Of a stretch of DNA of 64,000 nucleotides, positions 11,784-24,236 are shown one piece after another. The notes under the pieces were generated by a model. It was not told the origin of the DNA. It saw only the letters and a program-made list of their open reading frames with translations, and searched no databases. The position numbers were made by a program, and so were the translations under genes. The DNA is from Escherichia coli (GTDB taxonomy: Bacteria; Pseudomonadota; Gammaproteobacteria; Enterobacterales; Enterobacteriaceae). The stretch lies in NCBI RefSeq assembly GCF_036507355.1, contig NZ_AP027877.1; one strand, 5' to 3'. Within the stretch, counting starts at the first letter, position 1; each line of letters starts with the position of its first letter.

Positions 11784-12767
11784 ATGATAATGATTTTTAC
11801 GTCAAGTTGCTGCGATAATTTGTCAATAGATGAGATTATCGAACGTGCTGAACAAGGCGATAGTGAGGCTCAATATATTGTTGGGTTTTATTATAATCGC
11901 GATAGCGCAATTGACTCTCCGGACGACGAAAAGGCCTTTTACTGGCTGAAGCTGGCCGCTGAGCAAGGTCATTGTGAAGCACAGTATTCCTTAGGGCAAA
12001 AGTATACCGAGGATAAAAGCCGTCATAAAGATAATGAGCAAGCCATCTTCTGGCTGAAAAAAGCTGCCCTACAAGGCCATACTTTCGCTTCCAACGCCCT
12101 TGGCTGGATACTGGATCGTGGAGAAGACCCCAACTATAAAGAAGCGGTTGCCTGGTATCAGATAGCCGCGGAGAGCGGAATGTCTTATGCGCAAAATAAT
12201 CTTGGGTGGATGTACAGAAATGGCAACGGAGTCGCACAAGACTATACGCTGGCATTTTTCTGGTACAAACAAGCTGCATTACAAGGCCATAGTGACGCGC
12301 AAAACAATCTGGCCGATCTTTATGAAGACGGAAAAGGCGTTGCTCAAAACGAGACACTCGCCGCATTCTGGTATTTGAAAAGCGCACAGCAGGGTAATCG
12401 GCATGCTCAGTTTCAAATTGCATGGGATTATAACGCTGGCGAAGGGGTGGACCAGGACTATAAGCAAGCGATGTACTGGTATCTGAAGGCTGCCGCTCAG
12501 GGGAGCGTCGGCGCTTACGTCAACATCGGTTATATGTATAAACACGGACAAGGCGTTGAGAAAGATTATCAGGCTGCCTTTGAATGGTTTACGAAAGCCG
12601 CTGAATGCAATGACGCCACTGCCTGGTATAACCTGGCCATTATGTATCACTACGGAGAAGGAAGACCTGTCGATCTCCGACAGGCTCTCGACCTGTATCG
12701 TAAAGTTCAGTCATCCGGAACCAGAGATGTCAGTCAGGAAATTCGTGAGACTGAAGATTTACTGTAG
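11784..12767 (+). CDS. ybeQ: Sel1-repeat (TPR-like) protein
   Basis: 327 aa; at least seven Sel1-like repeats (AQ..LG..Y..G.GV..D...A..W); Cys-rich N-terminus. Confidence 0.85.
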   Translation: MIMIFTSSCCDNLSIDEIIERAEQGDSEAQYIVGFYYNRDSAIDSPDDEKAFYWLKLAAEQGHCEAQYSLGQKYTEDKSRHKDNEQAIFWLKKAALQGHTFASNALGWILDRGEDPNYKEAVAWYQIAAESGMSYAQNNLGWMYRNGNGVAQDYTLAFFWYKQAALQGHSDAQNNLADLYEDGKGVAQNETLAAFWYLKSAQQGNRHAQFQIAWDYNAGEGVDQDYKQAMYWYLKAAAQGSVGAYVNIGYMYKHGQGVEKDYQAAFEWFTKAAECNDATAWYNLAIMYHYGEGRPVDLRQALDLYRKVQSSGTRDVSQEIRETEDLL

Positions 12768-12771
12768 AGAT

Positions 12772-12812
12772 AAAAACAAGGGCCGGGGAATTTCATTCGG
12801 CCCATATTCTCT
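12772..12812. terminator. hairpin between convergent ybeQ and ybeL
   Basis: gggccggggaatttcattcggccc stem-loop flanked by A/T runs. Confidence 0.4.
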
Positions 12813-12836
12813 TTATTGCTGTGCGAAATCAGACTA

Positions 12837-13319
12837 TTACGGCTCAAACGGGCGTCTCTGGAACTGGTCATGACCACATTTCGGGCATAGCGTCAGCACT
12901 TCCGGTGTGTAGATCGGGAGATGGAAGTGACATTTCTCGCAGACCAGATTTCCCAGCCCGACCACTTCTCCGCTGTGATAAACCCCATGATGATTGAGGT
13001 CCTGGAAAACTTCGCGCCATTCAAGCTGCGTTTTATCGGTGATGTCTGCCAGCTCCTGCCACAAGCTTTCTTTAATCACCCGCATAAAGACGCTGTCAGA
13101 TTCTTCTTTCAGGCTCTCTTCATAGCTCATGGCGAACTCTTCCAGGTCACGTCTGACAGCTCGCGTCAGCTCATCGACCTCGGTTCGCGTTAACTCCCCT
13201 GTTTTTATTACGCGCTCGCGCGCCTGTTCCACCAGTGCGTCGATATCACGTTCGCCATTGCGCAGGCGTTCGCTCAGTGACGCGACCAGTTCACGGTAAT
13301 ATTGAGCAACCTTGTTCAT
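12837..13319 (-). CDS. ybeL: DUF1451 zinc-ribbon protein
   Basis: 160 aa; C-terminal CxxC...CxxC (CEKCHF...CPKCGH). Confidence 0.85.
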   Translation of the reverse strand: MNKVAQYYRELVASLSERLRNGERDIDALVEQARERVIKTGELTRTEVDELTRAVRRDLEEFAMSYEESLKEESDSVFMRVIKESLWQELADITDKTQLEWREVFQDLNHHGVYHSGEVVGLGNLVCEKCHFHLPIYTPEVLTLCPKCGHDQFQRRPFEP

Positions 13320-13554
13320 CGTTTCATCTCCCGGGTCGTTAACTGACTATAATAATAGACGTTCTTTGTTCCTTGCTTTGCTAATACGCCCACAAACTCT
13401 GTAAATTAATGTATGAATAATCCGGGCATCATTTCAACGTCGAGTGCGCGAAAGGCTGTTTTGACGCGGACGTTTGGGCTATGCTATGCGGATCTGAAAA
13501 ACCACCTCTAACGCTACTTTTGTAGCCGTAATGAAAACAGGACCACTGGCTGCC

Positions 13555-16137
13555 ATGCAAGAGCAATACCGCCCGGAAGAGATAGAATCCAAAGTACAGC
13601 TTCATTGGGATGAGAAGCGCACATTTGAAGTAACCGAAGACGAGAGCAAAGAGAAGTATTACTGCCTGTCTATGCTTCCCTATCCTTCTGGTCGACTACA
13701 CATGGGCCACGTACGTAACTACACCATCGGTGACGTGATCGCCCGCTACCAGCGTATGCTGGGCAAAAACGTCCTGCAGCCGATCGGCTGGGACGCCTTT
13801 GGTCTGCCTGCGGAAGGCGCGGCGGTGAAAAACAACACCGCACCGGCACCGTGGACGTACGACAACATCGCGTATATGAAAAACCAGCTCAAAATGCTGG
13901 GCTTTGGTTATGACTGGAGCCGCGAGCTGGCAACCTGTACGCCGGAATACTACCGTTGGGAACAGAAATTCTTCACCGAGCTGTATAAAAAAGGCCTGGT
14001 ATATAAAAAGACTTCTGCGGTCAACTGGTGCCCGAACGACCAGACCGTACTAGCGAACGAACAAGTTATCGACGGCTGCTGCTGGCGCTGCGATACCAAA
14101 GTTGAACGTAAAGAGATCCCGCAGTGGTTTATCAAAATCACCGCTTACGCTGACGAGCTGCTCAACGATCTGGATAAACTGGATCACTGGCCAGACACCG
14201 TTAAAACCATGCAGCGTAACTGGATCGGTCGTTCCGAAGGCGTGGAGATCACCTTCAACGTTAACGACTATGACAACACGCTGACCGTTTACACTACCCG
14301 CCCGGACACCTTTATGGGTTGTACCTACCTGGCGGTAGCTGCGGGTCATCCGCTGGCGCAGAAAGCGGCGGAAAATAATCCTGAACTGGCGGCCTTTATT
14401 GACGAATGCCGTAACACCAAAGTTGCCGAAGCTGAAATGGCGACGATGGAGAAAAAAGGCGTCGATACTGGCTTTAAAGCGGTTCACCCATTAACGGGCG
14501 AAGAAATTCCCGTTTGGGCAGCAAACTTCGTATTGATGGAGTACGGCACGGGCGCAGTTATGGCGGTTCCGGGGCACGACCAGCGCGACTACGAGTTTGC
14601 CTCTAAATACGGCCTGAACATCAAACCGGTTATCCTGGCAGCTGACGGCTCTGAGCCAGATCTTTCTCAGCAAGCCCTGACTGAAAAAGGCGTGCTGTTC
14701 AACTCTGGCGAGTTCAACGGTCTTGACCATGAAGCGGCCTTCAACGCCATCGCCGATAAACTGACTGCGATGGGCGTTGGCGAGCGTAAAGTGAACTACC
14801 GCCTGCGCGACTGGGGTGTTTCTCGTCAGCGTTACTGGGGCGCGCCGATTCCGATGGTGACGCTGGAAGACGGTACCGTAATGCCGACCCCGGACGACCA
14901 GCTGCCGGTGATCCTGCCGGAAGATGTGGTGATGGACGGCATTACCAGCCCGATTAAAGCAGATCCGGAGTGGGCAAAAACTACCGTTAACGGTATGCCA
15001 GCGCTGCGTGAAACCGACACTTTCGACACCTTTATGGAGTCCTCCTGGTACTATGCGCGCTACACTTGCCCAGAGTACAAAGAAGGTATGCTGGATTCCG
15101 AAGCGGCTAACTACTGGCTGCCGGTGGATATCTACATTGGTGGTATTGAACACGCCATTATGCACCTGCTCTACTTCCGCTTCTTCCACAAACTGATGCG
15201 TGATGCAGGCATGGTGAACTCTGACGAACCAGCGAAACAGTTGCTGTGTCAGGGTATGGTGCTGGCAGATGCCTTCTACTATGTTGGCGAAAACGGCGAA
15301 CGTAACTGGGTTTCCCCGGTTGATGCTATCGTTGAACGTGACGAGAAAGGCCGTATCGTGAAAGCGAAAGATGCGGCAGGCCATGAACTGGTTTATACCG
15401 GCATGAGCAAAATGTCCAAGTCGAAGAACAACGGTATCGACCCGCAGGTGATGGTTGAACGTTACGGCGCGGACACCGTTCGTCTGTTTATGATGTTTGC
15501 TTCTCCGGCTGATATGACTCTCGAATGGCAGGAATCCGGCGTGGAAGGGGCTAACCGCTTCCTGAAACGTGTCTGGAAACTGGTTTACGAGCACACAGCA
15601 AAAGGTGATGTTGCGGCACTGAACGTTGATGCGCTGACTGAAGATCAGAAAGCGCTGCGTCGCGATGTGCATAAAACGATCGCTAAAGTGACCGATGATA
15701 TCGGCCGTCGTCAGACCTTCAACACCGCAATTGCGGCGATTATGGAGCTGATGAACAAACTGGCGAAAGCACCGACCGATGGCGAGCAGGATCGCGCTCT
15801 GATGCAGGAAGCACTGCTGGCCGTTGTCCGTATGCTTAACCCGTTCACCCCGCACATTTGCTTCACGCTGTGGCAGGAACTGAAAGGCGAAGGCGATATC
15901 GACAACGCGCCGTGGCCGGTTGCTGACGAAAAAGCGATGGTGGAAGACTCCACGCTGGTCGTGGTGCAGGTTAACGGTAAAGTCCGTGCCAAAATCACCG
16001 TTCCGGTGGACGCAACGGAAGAACAGGTTCGCGAACGTGCTGGCCAGGAACATCTGGTAGCAAAATATCTTGATGGCGTTACTGTACGTAAAGTGATTTA
16101 CGTACCAGGTAAACTCCTCAATCTGGTCGTTGGCTAA
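13555..16137 (+). CDS. leuS: leucyl-tRNA synthetase
   Basis: ORF 13531..16137; start refined to [11 protein letters not shown]; class I HMGH and KMSKS motifs; 860 aa. Confidence 0.95.
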
Positions 16138-16151
16138 GCGCGGGAGGAAGC

Positions 16152-16733
16152 GTGCGATATCTGGCAACATTGTTGTTATCTCTGGCGGTGTTAATCACCG
16201 CCGGATGTGGCTGGCATCTGCGTGATACCACGCAGGTTCCTTCCACTATGAAGGTCATGATCCTGGACTCAGGCGATCCGAACGGGCCGTTAAGCCGTGC
16301 GGTGCGTAACCAGTTACGTCTGAATGGTGTCGAGTTGCTTGATAAAGAAACCACGCGTAAGGACGTTCCATCCCTGCGTTTGGGTAAAGTGAGCATCGCG
16401 AAAGATACCGCATCGGTATTCCGTAACGGTCAAACAGCAGAGTATCAGATGATCATGACGGTGAATGCGACCGTGTTGATCCCCGGCCGTGATATCTACC
16501 CGATTAGCGCCAAAGTCTTCCGTTCGTTCTTTGATAACCCGCAAATGGCGTTAGCGAAAGATAACGAACAAGACATGATCGTAAAAGAGATGTACGACCG
16601 TGCTGCCGAACAGCTGATTCGTAAGCTGCCAAGCATCCGTGCTGCGGATATTCGTTCCGACGAAGAACAGACGTCGACCACAACGGATACTCCGGCAACG
16701 CCTGCACGCGTCTCCACCACGCTGGGTAACTGA
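16152..16733 (+). CDS. lptE: LPS assembly lipoprotein LptE
   Basis: 193 aa, GTG start; lipobox LITAGC. Confidence 0.9.
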
Positions 16734-17764
16734 TGATTCGGTTGTACCCGGAACAACTCCGCGCGCAGCTCAATGAAGGGCTGCGCGCGGCGTATCTTTT
16801 ACTTGGTAACGATCCTCTGTTATTGCAGGAAAGCCAGGACGCTGTTCGTCAGGTAGCTGCGGCACAAGGATTCGAAGAACACCACACTTTTTCCATTGAT
16901 CCCAACACTGACTGGAATGCGATCTTTTCGTTATGCCAGGCTATGAGTCTGTTTGCCAGTCGACAAACGCTATTGCTGTTGTTACCAGAAAACGGACCGA
17001 ATGCGGCGATCAATGAACAACTTCTCACACTCACCGGACTTCTGCATGACGACCTGCTGTTGATCGTCCGCGGTAATAAATTAAGCAAAGCGCAAGAAAA
17101 TGCCGCCTGGTTTACTGCTCTTGCGAATCGCAGCGTGCAGGTGACCTGTCAGACACCGGAGCAGGCTCAGCTTCCCCGCTGGGTTGCTGCGCGCGCAAAA
17201 CAGCTCAACTTAGAACTGGATGACGCTGCAAATCAGGTGCTCTGCTACTGTTATGAAGGTAACCTGCTGGCGCTGGCTCAGGCACTGGAGCGTTTATCGC
17301 TGCTCTGGCCAGACGGCAAACTGACATTACCGCGCGTTGAACAGGCGGTGAATGATGCCGCGCATTTCACCCCTTTTCATTGGGTTGATGCTTTGTTGAT
17401 GGGAAAAAGTAAGCGCGCGTTGCATATTCTTCAGCAACTGCGTCTGGAAGGCAGCGAGCCGGTTATTTTGTTGCGCACATTACAACGTGAACTGTTGTTA
17501 CTGGTTAACCTGAAACGCCAGTCTGCCCATACGCCACTGCGTGCGTTGTTTGATAAGCATCGGGTATGGCAGAACCGCCGGGGCATGATGGGCGAAGCGT
17601 TAAATCGCTTAAGTCAGCCGCAGTTACGTCAGGCCGTGCAACTCCTGACACGAACGGAACTCACCCTCAAACAAGATTACGGTCAGTCAGTGTGGGCAGA
17701 GCTGGAAGGGTTATCTCTTCTGTTGTGCCATAAACCCCTGGCGGACGTATTTATCGACGGTTGA
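16733..17764 (+). CDS. holA: DNA polymerase III delta subunit
   Basis: 343 aa; start overlaps lptE stop by 1 nt. Confidence 0.9.
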   Translation: MIRLYPEQLRAQLNEGLRAAYLLLGNDPLLLQESQDAVRQVAAAQGFEEHHTFSIDPNTDWNAIFSLCQAMSLFASRQTLLLLLPENGPNAAINEQLLTLTGLLHDDLLLIVRGNKLSKAQENAAWFTALANRSVQVTCQTPEQAQLPRWVAARAKQLNLELDDAANQVLCYCYEGNLLALAQALERLSLLWPDGKLTLPRVEQAVNDAAHFTPFHWVDALLMGKSKRALHILQQLRLEGSEPVILLRTLQRELLLLVNLKRQSAHTPLRALFDKHRVWQNRRGMMGEALNRLSQPQLRQAVQLLTRTELTLKQDYGQSVWAELEGLSLLLCHKPLADVFIDG

Positions 17765-17765
17765 T

Positions 17766-18407
17766 ATGAAATCTTTACAGGCTCTGTTTGGCGGCACCTT
17801 TGATCCGGTGCACTATGGTCATCTAAAACCCGTGGAAACGCTGGCGAATTTGATTGGTCTGACGCGGGTCACAATAATCCCTAATAATGTTCCTCCGCAT
17901 CGTCCCCAGCCGGAAGCGAACAGCGTGCAGCGTAAACACATGCTTGAACTGGCGATTGCCGACAAGCCATTATTTACTCTTGATAAACGCGAGCTAAAGC
18001 GCAATGCCCCCTCTTACACTGCGCAAACACTGAAAGAGTGGCGGCAGGAACAAGGACCGGACGTGCCGCTGGCGTTTATTATTGGTCAGGATTCATTGCT
18101 GACCTTTCCGACCTGGTACGAATACGAAACGATACTCGACAATGCACATTTGATCGTCTGTCGGCGTCCAGGTTACCCACTTGAAATGGCGCAACCGCAA
18201 TACCAGCAATGGCTGGAAGATCATTTGACACATAACCCGGAAGATCTTCACCTTCAGCCTGCAGGTAAAATTTATCTGGCTGAAACGCCGTGGTTTAACA
18301 TCTCGGCGACCATCATCCGCGAACGTTTGCAAAACGGTGAATCGTGTGAGGATTTATTGCCGGAACCGGTATTGACTTACATTAACCAACAAGGCTTGTA
18401 TCGCTGA
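17766..18407 (+). CDS. nadD: nicotinate-mononucleotide adenylyltransferase
   Basis: 213 aa; [11 protein letters not shown] nucleotidyltransferase motif. Confidence 0.92.
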   Translation: MKSLQALFGGTFDPVHYGHLKPVETLANLIGLTRVTIIPNNVPPHRPQPEANSVQRKHMLELAIADKPLFTLDKRELKRNAPSYTAQTLKEWRQEQGPDVPLAFIIGQDSLLTFPTWYEYETILDNAHLIVCRRPGYPLEMAQPQYQQWLEDHLTHNPEDLHLQPAGKIYLAETPWFNISATIIRERLQNGESCEDLLPEPVLTYINQQGLYR

Positions 18408-18430
18408 TACCTGTCGTTACGGAGGGCATG

Positions 18431-19042
18431 ATGCGACTGTGGTTAATTCGTCATGGCGAAACACAAGCGAATGTCGATGGTCTGTACAGCGGTCATGCGC
18501 CCACCCCCCTGACCGCACGCGGTATTGAGCAAGCGCAAAATCTGCATACACTGCTAGATGATGTTTCCTTTGACCTGGTTTTATGCAGTGAACTGGAACG
18601 GGCACAGCATACCGCGCGACTGGTTCTCAGTGACCGCCAGCTCCCCGTTCATATCATCCCTGAACTCAACGAAATGTTTTTTGGCGACTGGGAGATGCGA
18701 CATCATCGCGACCTCATGCAAGAAGATGCCGAAAACTATAGCGCGTGGTGCAATGACTGGCAGCATGCTATCCCCACGAACGGTGAAGGATTTCAGGCAT
18801 TTTCGCAACGTGTGGAACGCTTTATCGCAAGGCTTAGTGAATATCAGCACTATCAGAATATTTTAATCGTCAGCCATCAGGGCGTACTGAGTCTGTTAAT
18901 TGCTCGTTTAATTGGCATGCCTGCCGAGTCTATGTGGCATTTTCGCGTTGACCAGGGGTGTTGGAGCGCCATTGATATCAACCAAAAATTCGCGACGCTA
19001 CGCGTCCTCAATAGCCGTGCCATCGGGGTCGAGAATGCATGA
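18431..19042 (+). CDS. cobC: adenosylcobalamin/alpha-ribazole phosphatase (histidine phosphatase family)
   Basis: ORF 18428..19042; RHGE motif (LIRHGETQAN); 203 aa from second Met. Confidence 0.85.
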   Translation: MRLWLIRHGETQANVDGLYSGHAPTPLTARGIEQAQNLHTLLDDVSFDLVLCSELERAQHTARLVLSDRQLPVHIIPELNEMFFGDWEMRHHRDLMQEDAENYSAWCNDWQHAIPTNGEGFQAFSQRVERFIARLSEYQHYQNILIVSHQGVLSLLIARLIGMPAESMWHFRVDQGCWSAIDINQKFATLRVLNSRAIGVENA

Positions 19043-19283
19043 CTTTTCTGTTTTTTTACGGGTAAGCCGCAACGACCATTGACAGCCCCGGGCAGGCTGA
19101 TATTCTCCGCAGCCAGACTTTTTCCGCCAGACACGACTTTGTAGAAATTGTTTTACAAAAATGGCGATGCAATCTGCGGCGCGGGGTGGGATGATAGCCC
19201 ACTTTCGAAAGCCGATTCGGCGACAATTGTCCCGAAATCGCCTCTGGTTCAGGTATACTGACAGACCATTTTTATCTATTTGA

Positions 19284-19619
<336 letters not shown>

Positions 19620-19622
19620 TGC

Positions 19623-20090
19623 GTGAAGCTGCAACTTGTCGCCGTGGGAACGAAAATGCCGGACTGGGTACAAACCGGTTTTACCGAGTACCTGCGTCGT
19701 TTTCCAAAAGATATGCCCTTCGAGCTGATTGAAATTCCGGCCGGAAAACGCGGCAAGAATGCGGACATCAAGCGCATACTCGACAAAGAGGGTGAGCAGA
19801 TGTTGGCGGCCGCAGGCAAAAACCGCATTGTCACCCTCGATATTCCAGGCAAGCCCTGGGATACGCCGCAGTTAGCCGCTGAGCTGGAACGCTGGAAGCT
19901 GGATGGTCGCGACGTCAGTCTACTGATTGGCGGGCCTGAAGGGTTGTCGCCTGCCTGTAAAGCGGCGGCTGAGCAGAGCTGGTCGCTGTCGGCGCTTACC
20001 CTCCCCCATCCGCTGGTTCGCGTGCTGGTCGCAGAGAGTCTGTACCGGGCGTGGAGCATCACCACCAACCATCCTTATCACCGTGAGTGA
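19623..20090 (+). CDS. rlmH: 23S rRNA (pseudouridine1915-N3)-methyltransferase
   Basis: 155 aa ORF, GTG start 3 nt after rsfS stop. Confidence 0.88.
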
Positions 20091-20120
20091 TAAGGGAGCT
20101 TTGAGTAGAAAACGCAGCGG

Positions 20121-22022
20121 ATGAAACTACAGAACTCTTTTCGCGACTATACGGCAGAGTCCGCGCTGTTTGTGCGCCGGGCGCTGGTCGCCTTTTTGGG
20201 GATTTTGCTGCTGACCGGCGTGCTTATCGCCAACCTGTATAATCTGCAAATTGTTCGCTTTACCGATTACCAGACCCGCTCTAATGAAAACCGCATTAAG
20301 CTGGTGCCTATCGCGCCCAGCCGCGGCATTATCTACGACCGTAATGGTATCCCTCTGGCTCTCAACCGCACTATCTACCAGATAGAAATGATGCCGGAGA
20401 AAGTCGATAACGTGCAGCAAACGCTGGACGCTTTGCGCAGCGTGGTTGATCTGACCGATGACGATATTGCTGCATTCCGAAAAGAGCGCGCACGTTCACA
20501 CCGTTTCACCTCCATTCCGGTGAAAACTAACCTGACCGAAGTACAAGTAGCTCGCTTTGCCGTCAATCAGTACCGTTTTCCGGGCGTCGAAGTTAAAGGC
20601 TATAAACGTCGTTACTATCCTTACGGTTCGGCGTTGACCCACGTCATCGGCTATGTGTCGAAAATCAACGATAAAGACGTCGAACGCCTGAATAATGACG
20701 GCAAACTGGCCAACTATGCGGCAACGCATGATATCGGTAAGCTGGGCATTGAGCGTTACTATGAAGACGTGCTGCATGGTCAGACCGGTTATGAAGAGGT
20801 TGAAGTTAACAACCGTGGGCGTGTTATCCGCCAGTTAAAAGAAGTACCACCGCAAGCCGGACACGATATTTACCTGACGCTGGATCTCAAACTCCAGCAA
20901 TATATTGAAACGCTGCTGGCGGGTAGCCGCGCAGCTGTGGTAGTCACCGATCCGCGTACAGGTGGGGTGCTGGCGCTGGTTTCCACGCCTAGTTATGACC
21001 CAAACCTGTTTGTTGACGGTATCTCCAGCAAAGATTATTCCGCCTTGCTGAACGACCCGAATACACCGCTGGTGAACCGCGCCACACAGGGGGTTTATCC
21101 TCCCGCGTCTACAGTTAAACCCTATGTGGCGGTTTCGGCATTGAGCGCCGGGGTGATCACGCGCAATACGACGCTGTTTGACCCAGGCTGGTGGCAACTG
21201 CCAGGTTCGGAAAAACGTTATCGTGACTGGAAAAAATGGGGCCACGGGCGTCTGAATGTCACAAGATCGCTGGAAGAATCTGCGGATACCTTCTTCTATC
21301 AGGTGGCCTACGATATGGGGATCGATCGCCTCTCCGAATGGATGGGTAAATTCGGTTATGGTCATTACACCGGTATCGACCTGGCGGAAGAACGTTCCGG
21401 CAACATGCCTACCCGCGAATGGAAACAGAAACGCTTTAAAAAACCGTGGTATCAGGGTGACACCATTCCGGTTGGTATCGGTCAGGGTTACTGGACAGCG
21501 ACCCCAATCCAGATGAGTAAGGCACTGATGATCCTGATTAATGACGGTATCGTGAAGGTTCCGCATTTGCTGATGAGCACCGCCGAAGACGGCAAACAGG
21601 TGCCATGGGTACAACCGCATGAACCGCCCGTCGGCGATATTCATTCCGGTTACTGGGAGCTGGCGAAAGACGGTATGTACGGTGTTGCTAACCGCCCTAA
21701 CGGTACGGCGCATAAATACTTTGCCAGCGCACCGTACAAAATTGCGGCGAAATCTGGTACCGCTCAGGTCTTCGGTCTGAAAGCGAACGAAACCTATAAT
21801 GCGCACAAAATTGCCGAGCGTTTACGTGACCACAAACTGATGACCGCCTTTGCGCCTTACAACAATCCGCAAGTGGCTGTCGCCATGATTCTGGAGAACG
21901 GCGGCGCGGGTCCGGCGGTTGGTACGCTGATGCGCCAGATCCTCGACCACATTATGCTGGGTGATAACAACACCGATCTGCCTGCGGAAAATCCAGCGGT
22001 TGCCGCAGCGGAGGACCATTAA
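20121..22022 (+). CDS. mrdA: penicillin-binding protein 2 (elongasome transpeptidase)
   Basis: 633 aa; N-terminal TM segment; transpeptidase motifs STVK and KSG. Confidence 0.95.
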   Translation: MKLQNSFRDYTAESALFVRRALVAFLGILLLTGVLIANLYNLQIVRFTDYQTRSNENRIKLVPIAPSRGIIYDRNGIPLALNRTIYQIEMMPEKVDNVQQTLDALRSVVDLTDDDIAAFRKERARSHRFTSIPVKTNLTEVQVARFAVNQYRFPGVEVKGYKRRYYPYGSALTHVIGYVSKINDKDVERLNNDGKLANYAATHDIGKLGIERYYEDVLHGQTGYEEVEVNNRGRVIRQLKEVPPQAGHDIYLTLDLKLQQYIETLLAGSRAAVVVTDPRTGGVLALVSTPSYDPNLFVDGISSKDYSALLNDPNTPLVNRATQGVYPPASTVKPYVAVSALSAGVITRNTTLFDPGWWQLPGSEKRYRDWKKWGHGRLNVTRSLEESADTFFYQVAYDMGIDRLSEWMGKFGYGHYTGIDLAEERSGNMPTREWKQKRFKKPWYQGDTIPVGIGQGYWTATPIQMSKALMILINDGIVKVPHLLMSTAEDGKQVPWVQPHEPPVGDIHSGYWELAKDGMYGVANRPNGTAHKYFASAPYKIAAKSGTAQVFGLKANETYNAHKIAERLRDHKLMTAFAPYNNPQVAVAMILENGGAGPAVGTLMRQILDHIMLGDNNTDLPAENPAVAAAEDH

Positions 22023-22024
22023 TC

Positions 22025-23137
22025 ATGACGGATAATCCGAATAAAAAAACATTCTGGGATAAAGTCCATCTCGATCCCACAATGCTGCTGATCTTACTGG
22101 CATTGCTGGTTTACAGCGCCCTGGTTATCTGGAGCGCCAGCGGTCAGGATATTGGCATGATGGAGCGTAAAATAGGCCAAATCGCGATGGGTCTGGTCAT
22201 CATGGTGGTGATGGCGCAAATTCCTCCACGCGTTTATGAAGGCTGGGCCCCCTATCTCTATATCATCTGTATTATTTTGCTGGTGGCGGTAGATGCTTTC
22301 GGTGCCATCTCTAAAGGCGCTCAACGCTGGCTGGACCTCGGTATTGTTCGTTTTCAGCCGTCGGAAATTGCCAAAATAGCCGTACCACTGATGGTTGCGC
22401 GCTTTATCAACCGCGACGTTTGCCCGCCATCGTTGAAGAACACTGGCATCGCTCTGGTGCTGATATTTATGCCCACGCTGCTGGTGGCTGCACAGCCTGA
22501 CCTGGGAACATCAATCCTCGTTGCGCTTTCCGGTCTGTTTGTACTGTTCCTCTCTGGCCTTAGCTGGCGTCTGATTGGCGTCGCAGTAGTGCTGGTGGCG
22601 GCGTTCATTCCGATTCTGTGGTTCTTCCTGATGCATGATTACCAGCGCCAGCGCGTAATGATGCTCCTGGACCCGGAATCAGACCCACTCGGCGCGGGCT
22701 ATCACATTATTCAGTCTAAAATTGCTATTGGCTCCGGCGGATTACGCGGCAAAGGCTGGCTGCACGGCACTCAGTCACAGCTTGAATTTCTCCCCGAACG
22801 CCATACTGACTTTATCTTCGCGGTACTGGCGGAAGAGCTGGGATTAGTGGGCATTCTGATTCTGCTCGCTCTCTACATTCTGCTGATCATGCGCGGGCTG
22901 TGGATAGCCGCCAGAGCGCAAACCACCTTTGGTCGCGTCATGGCTGGTGGCTTAATGCTGATATTATTCGTTTATGTCTTCGTAAATATTGGTATGGTAA
23001 GCGGTATTCTGCCGGTTGTAGGGGTTCCGCTCCCACTGGTCAGTTATGGAGGATCGGCGCTAATTGTGCTGATGGCTGGGTTCGGGATTGTAATGTCAAT
23101 CCACACCCACAGGAAAATGTTGTCGAAAAGCGTGTAA
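22025..23137 (+). CDS. mrdB: SEDS-family peptidoglycan glycosyltransferase RodA
   Basis: 370 aa polytopic membrane protein directly after mrdA. Confidence 0.95.
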   Translation: MTDNPNKKTFWDKVHLDPTMLLILLALLVYSALVIWSASGQDIGMMERKIGQIAMGLVIMVVMAQIPPRVYEGWAPYLYIICIILLVAVDAFGAISKGAQRWLDLGIVRFQPSEIAKIAVPLMVARFINRDVCPPSLKNTGIALVLIFMPTLLVAAQPDLGTSILVALSGLFVLFLSGLSWRLIGVAVVLVAAFIPILWFFLMHDYQRQRVMMLLDPESDPLGAGYHIIQSKIAIGSGGLRGKGWLHGTQSQLEFLPERHTDFIFAVLAEELGLVGILILLALYILLIMRGLWIAARAQTTFGRVMAGGLMLILFVYVFVNIGMVSGILPVVGVPLPLVSYGGSALIVLMAGFGIVMSIHTHRKMLSKSV

Positions 23138-23147
23138 GAGGTGCGCA

Positions 23148-24236
23148 ATGCGTAAGCAGTGGCTCGGGATCTGCATCGCGGCAGGAATGCTCGCGGCATG
23201 TACAAGCGATGATGGTCAGCAACAGACGGTAAGTGTACCGCAGCCTGCGGTATGTAACGGCCCCATAGTTGAAATTAGCGGGGCGGACCCGCGTTTCGAA
23301 CCACTGAACGCGACGGCAAATCAGGATTACCAGCGCGACGGTAAAAGCTACAAAATCGTGCAGGATCCGTCTCGATTTAGCCAGGCGGGACTGGCGGCAA
23401 TCTATGATGCCGAACCCGGCAGTAACCTGACGGCCTCTGGCGAAGCTTTCGATCCGACACAGCTGACGGCGGCCCATCCAACGCTTCCGATCCCCAGCTA
23501 CGCCAGAATCACTAACCTGGCTAACGGGCGCATGATCGTGGTGCGCATTAATGATCGCGGTCCTTACGGCAACGACCGCGTTATTTCGCTTTCTCGCGCA
23601 GCAGCTGACCGTCTTAACACGTCAAACAACACCAAAGTTCGTATCGATCCGATTATTGTCGCCCAGGATGGTTCGCTTTCTGGTCCTGGTATGGCTTGTA
23701 CCACAGTCGCCAAACAGACTTACGCCCTGCCTGCACCTCCCGATTTAAGCGGCGGCGCAGGAACAAGTTCAGTGTCAGGCCCGCAGGGTGACATTCTTCC
23801 GGTCAGTAATTCGACGCTAAAAAGCGAAGATCCGACCGGCGCGCCGGTAACCAGCAGCGGTTTCCTCGGCGCACCAACGACCTTAGCGCCAGGTGTACTG
23901 GAAGGCAGCGAACCGACGCCTGCTCCACAGCCCGTTGTTACAGCTCCGTCGACAACGCCTGCAACCTCGCCTGCAATGGTGACACCGCAAGCAGCCTCGC
24001 AAAGCGCCAGCGGCAACTTTATGGTGCAGGTCGGGGCCGTTAGCGATCAGGCTCGTGCGCAACAGTACCAACAGCAACTGGGACAGAAGTTCGGCGTCCC
24101 CGGTCGCGTAACTCAAAATGGCGCAGTCTGGCGGATCCAGCTTGGCCCATTCGCCAGCAAAGCCGAAGCCAGTACCTTGCAGCAACGTTTGCAAACCGAA
24201 GCCCAATTACAGTCATTTATTACCACCGCGCAGTAG
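23148..24236 (+). CDS. rlpA: septal ring lytic transglycosylase RlpA (lipoprotein with SPOR domain)
   Basis: 362 aa; lipobox LAAC; Pro/Ala/Thr-rich linker; C-terminal SPOR-like region. Confidence 0.92.
   Translation: MRKQWLGICIAAGMLAACTSDDGQQQTVSVPQPAVCNGPIVEISGADPRFEPLNATANQDYQRDGKSYKIVQDPSRFSQAGLAAIYDAEPGSNLTASGEAFDPTQLTAAHPTLPIPSYARITNLANGRMIVVRINDRGPYGNDRVISLSRAAADRLNTSNNTKVRIDPIIVAQDGSLSGPGMACTTVAKQTYALPAPPDLSGGAGTSSVSGPQGDILPVSNSTLKSEDPTGAPVTSSGFLGAPTTLAPGVLEGSEPTPAPQPVVTAPSTTPATSPAMVTPQAASQSASGNFMVQVGAVSDQARAQQYQQQLGQKFGVPGRVTQNGAVWRIQLGPFASKAEASTLQQRLQTEAQLQSFITTAQ

Noticed and set aside
14491-16170. 559-aa ORF antisense to leuS
   Set aside because: Lies entirely inside the strongly supported leuS frame on the opposite strand; long antisense ORFs are expected in GC-rich coding DNA and it shows no recognisable motifs.
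20835-21806. 323-aa ORF antisense to mrdA
   Set aside because: Antisense shadow ORF within a conserved essential gene; Arg/Cys-rich low-complexity translation.
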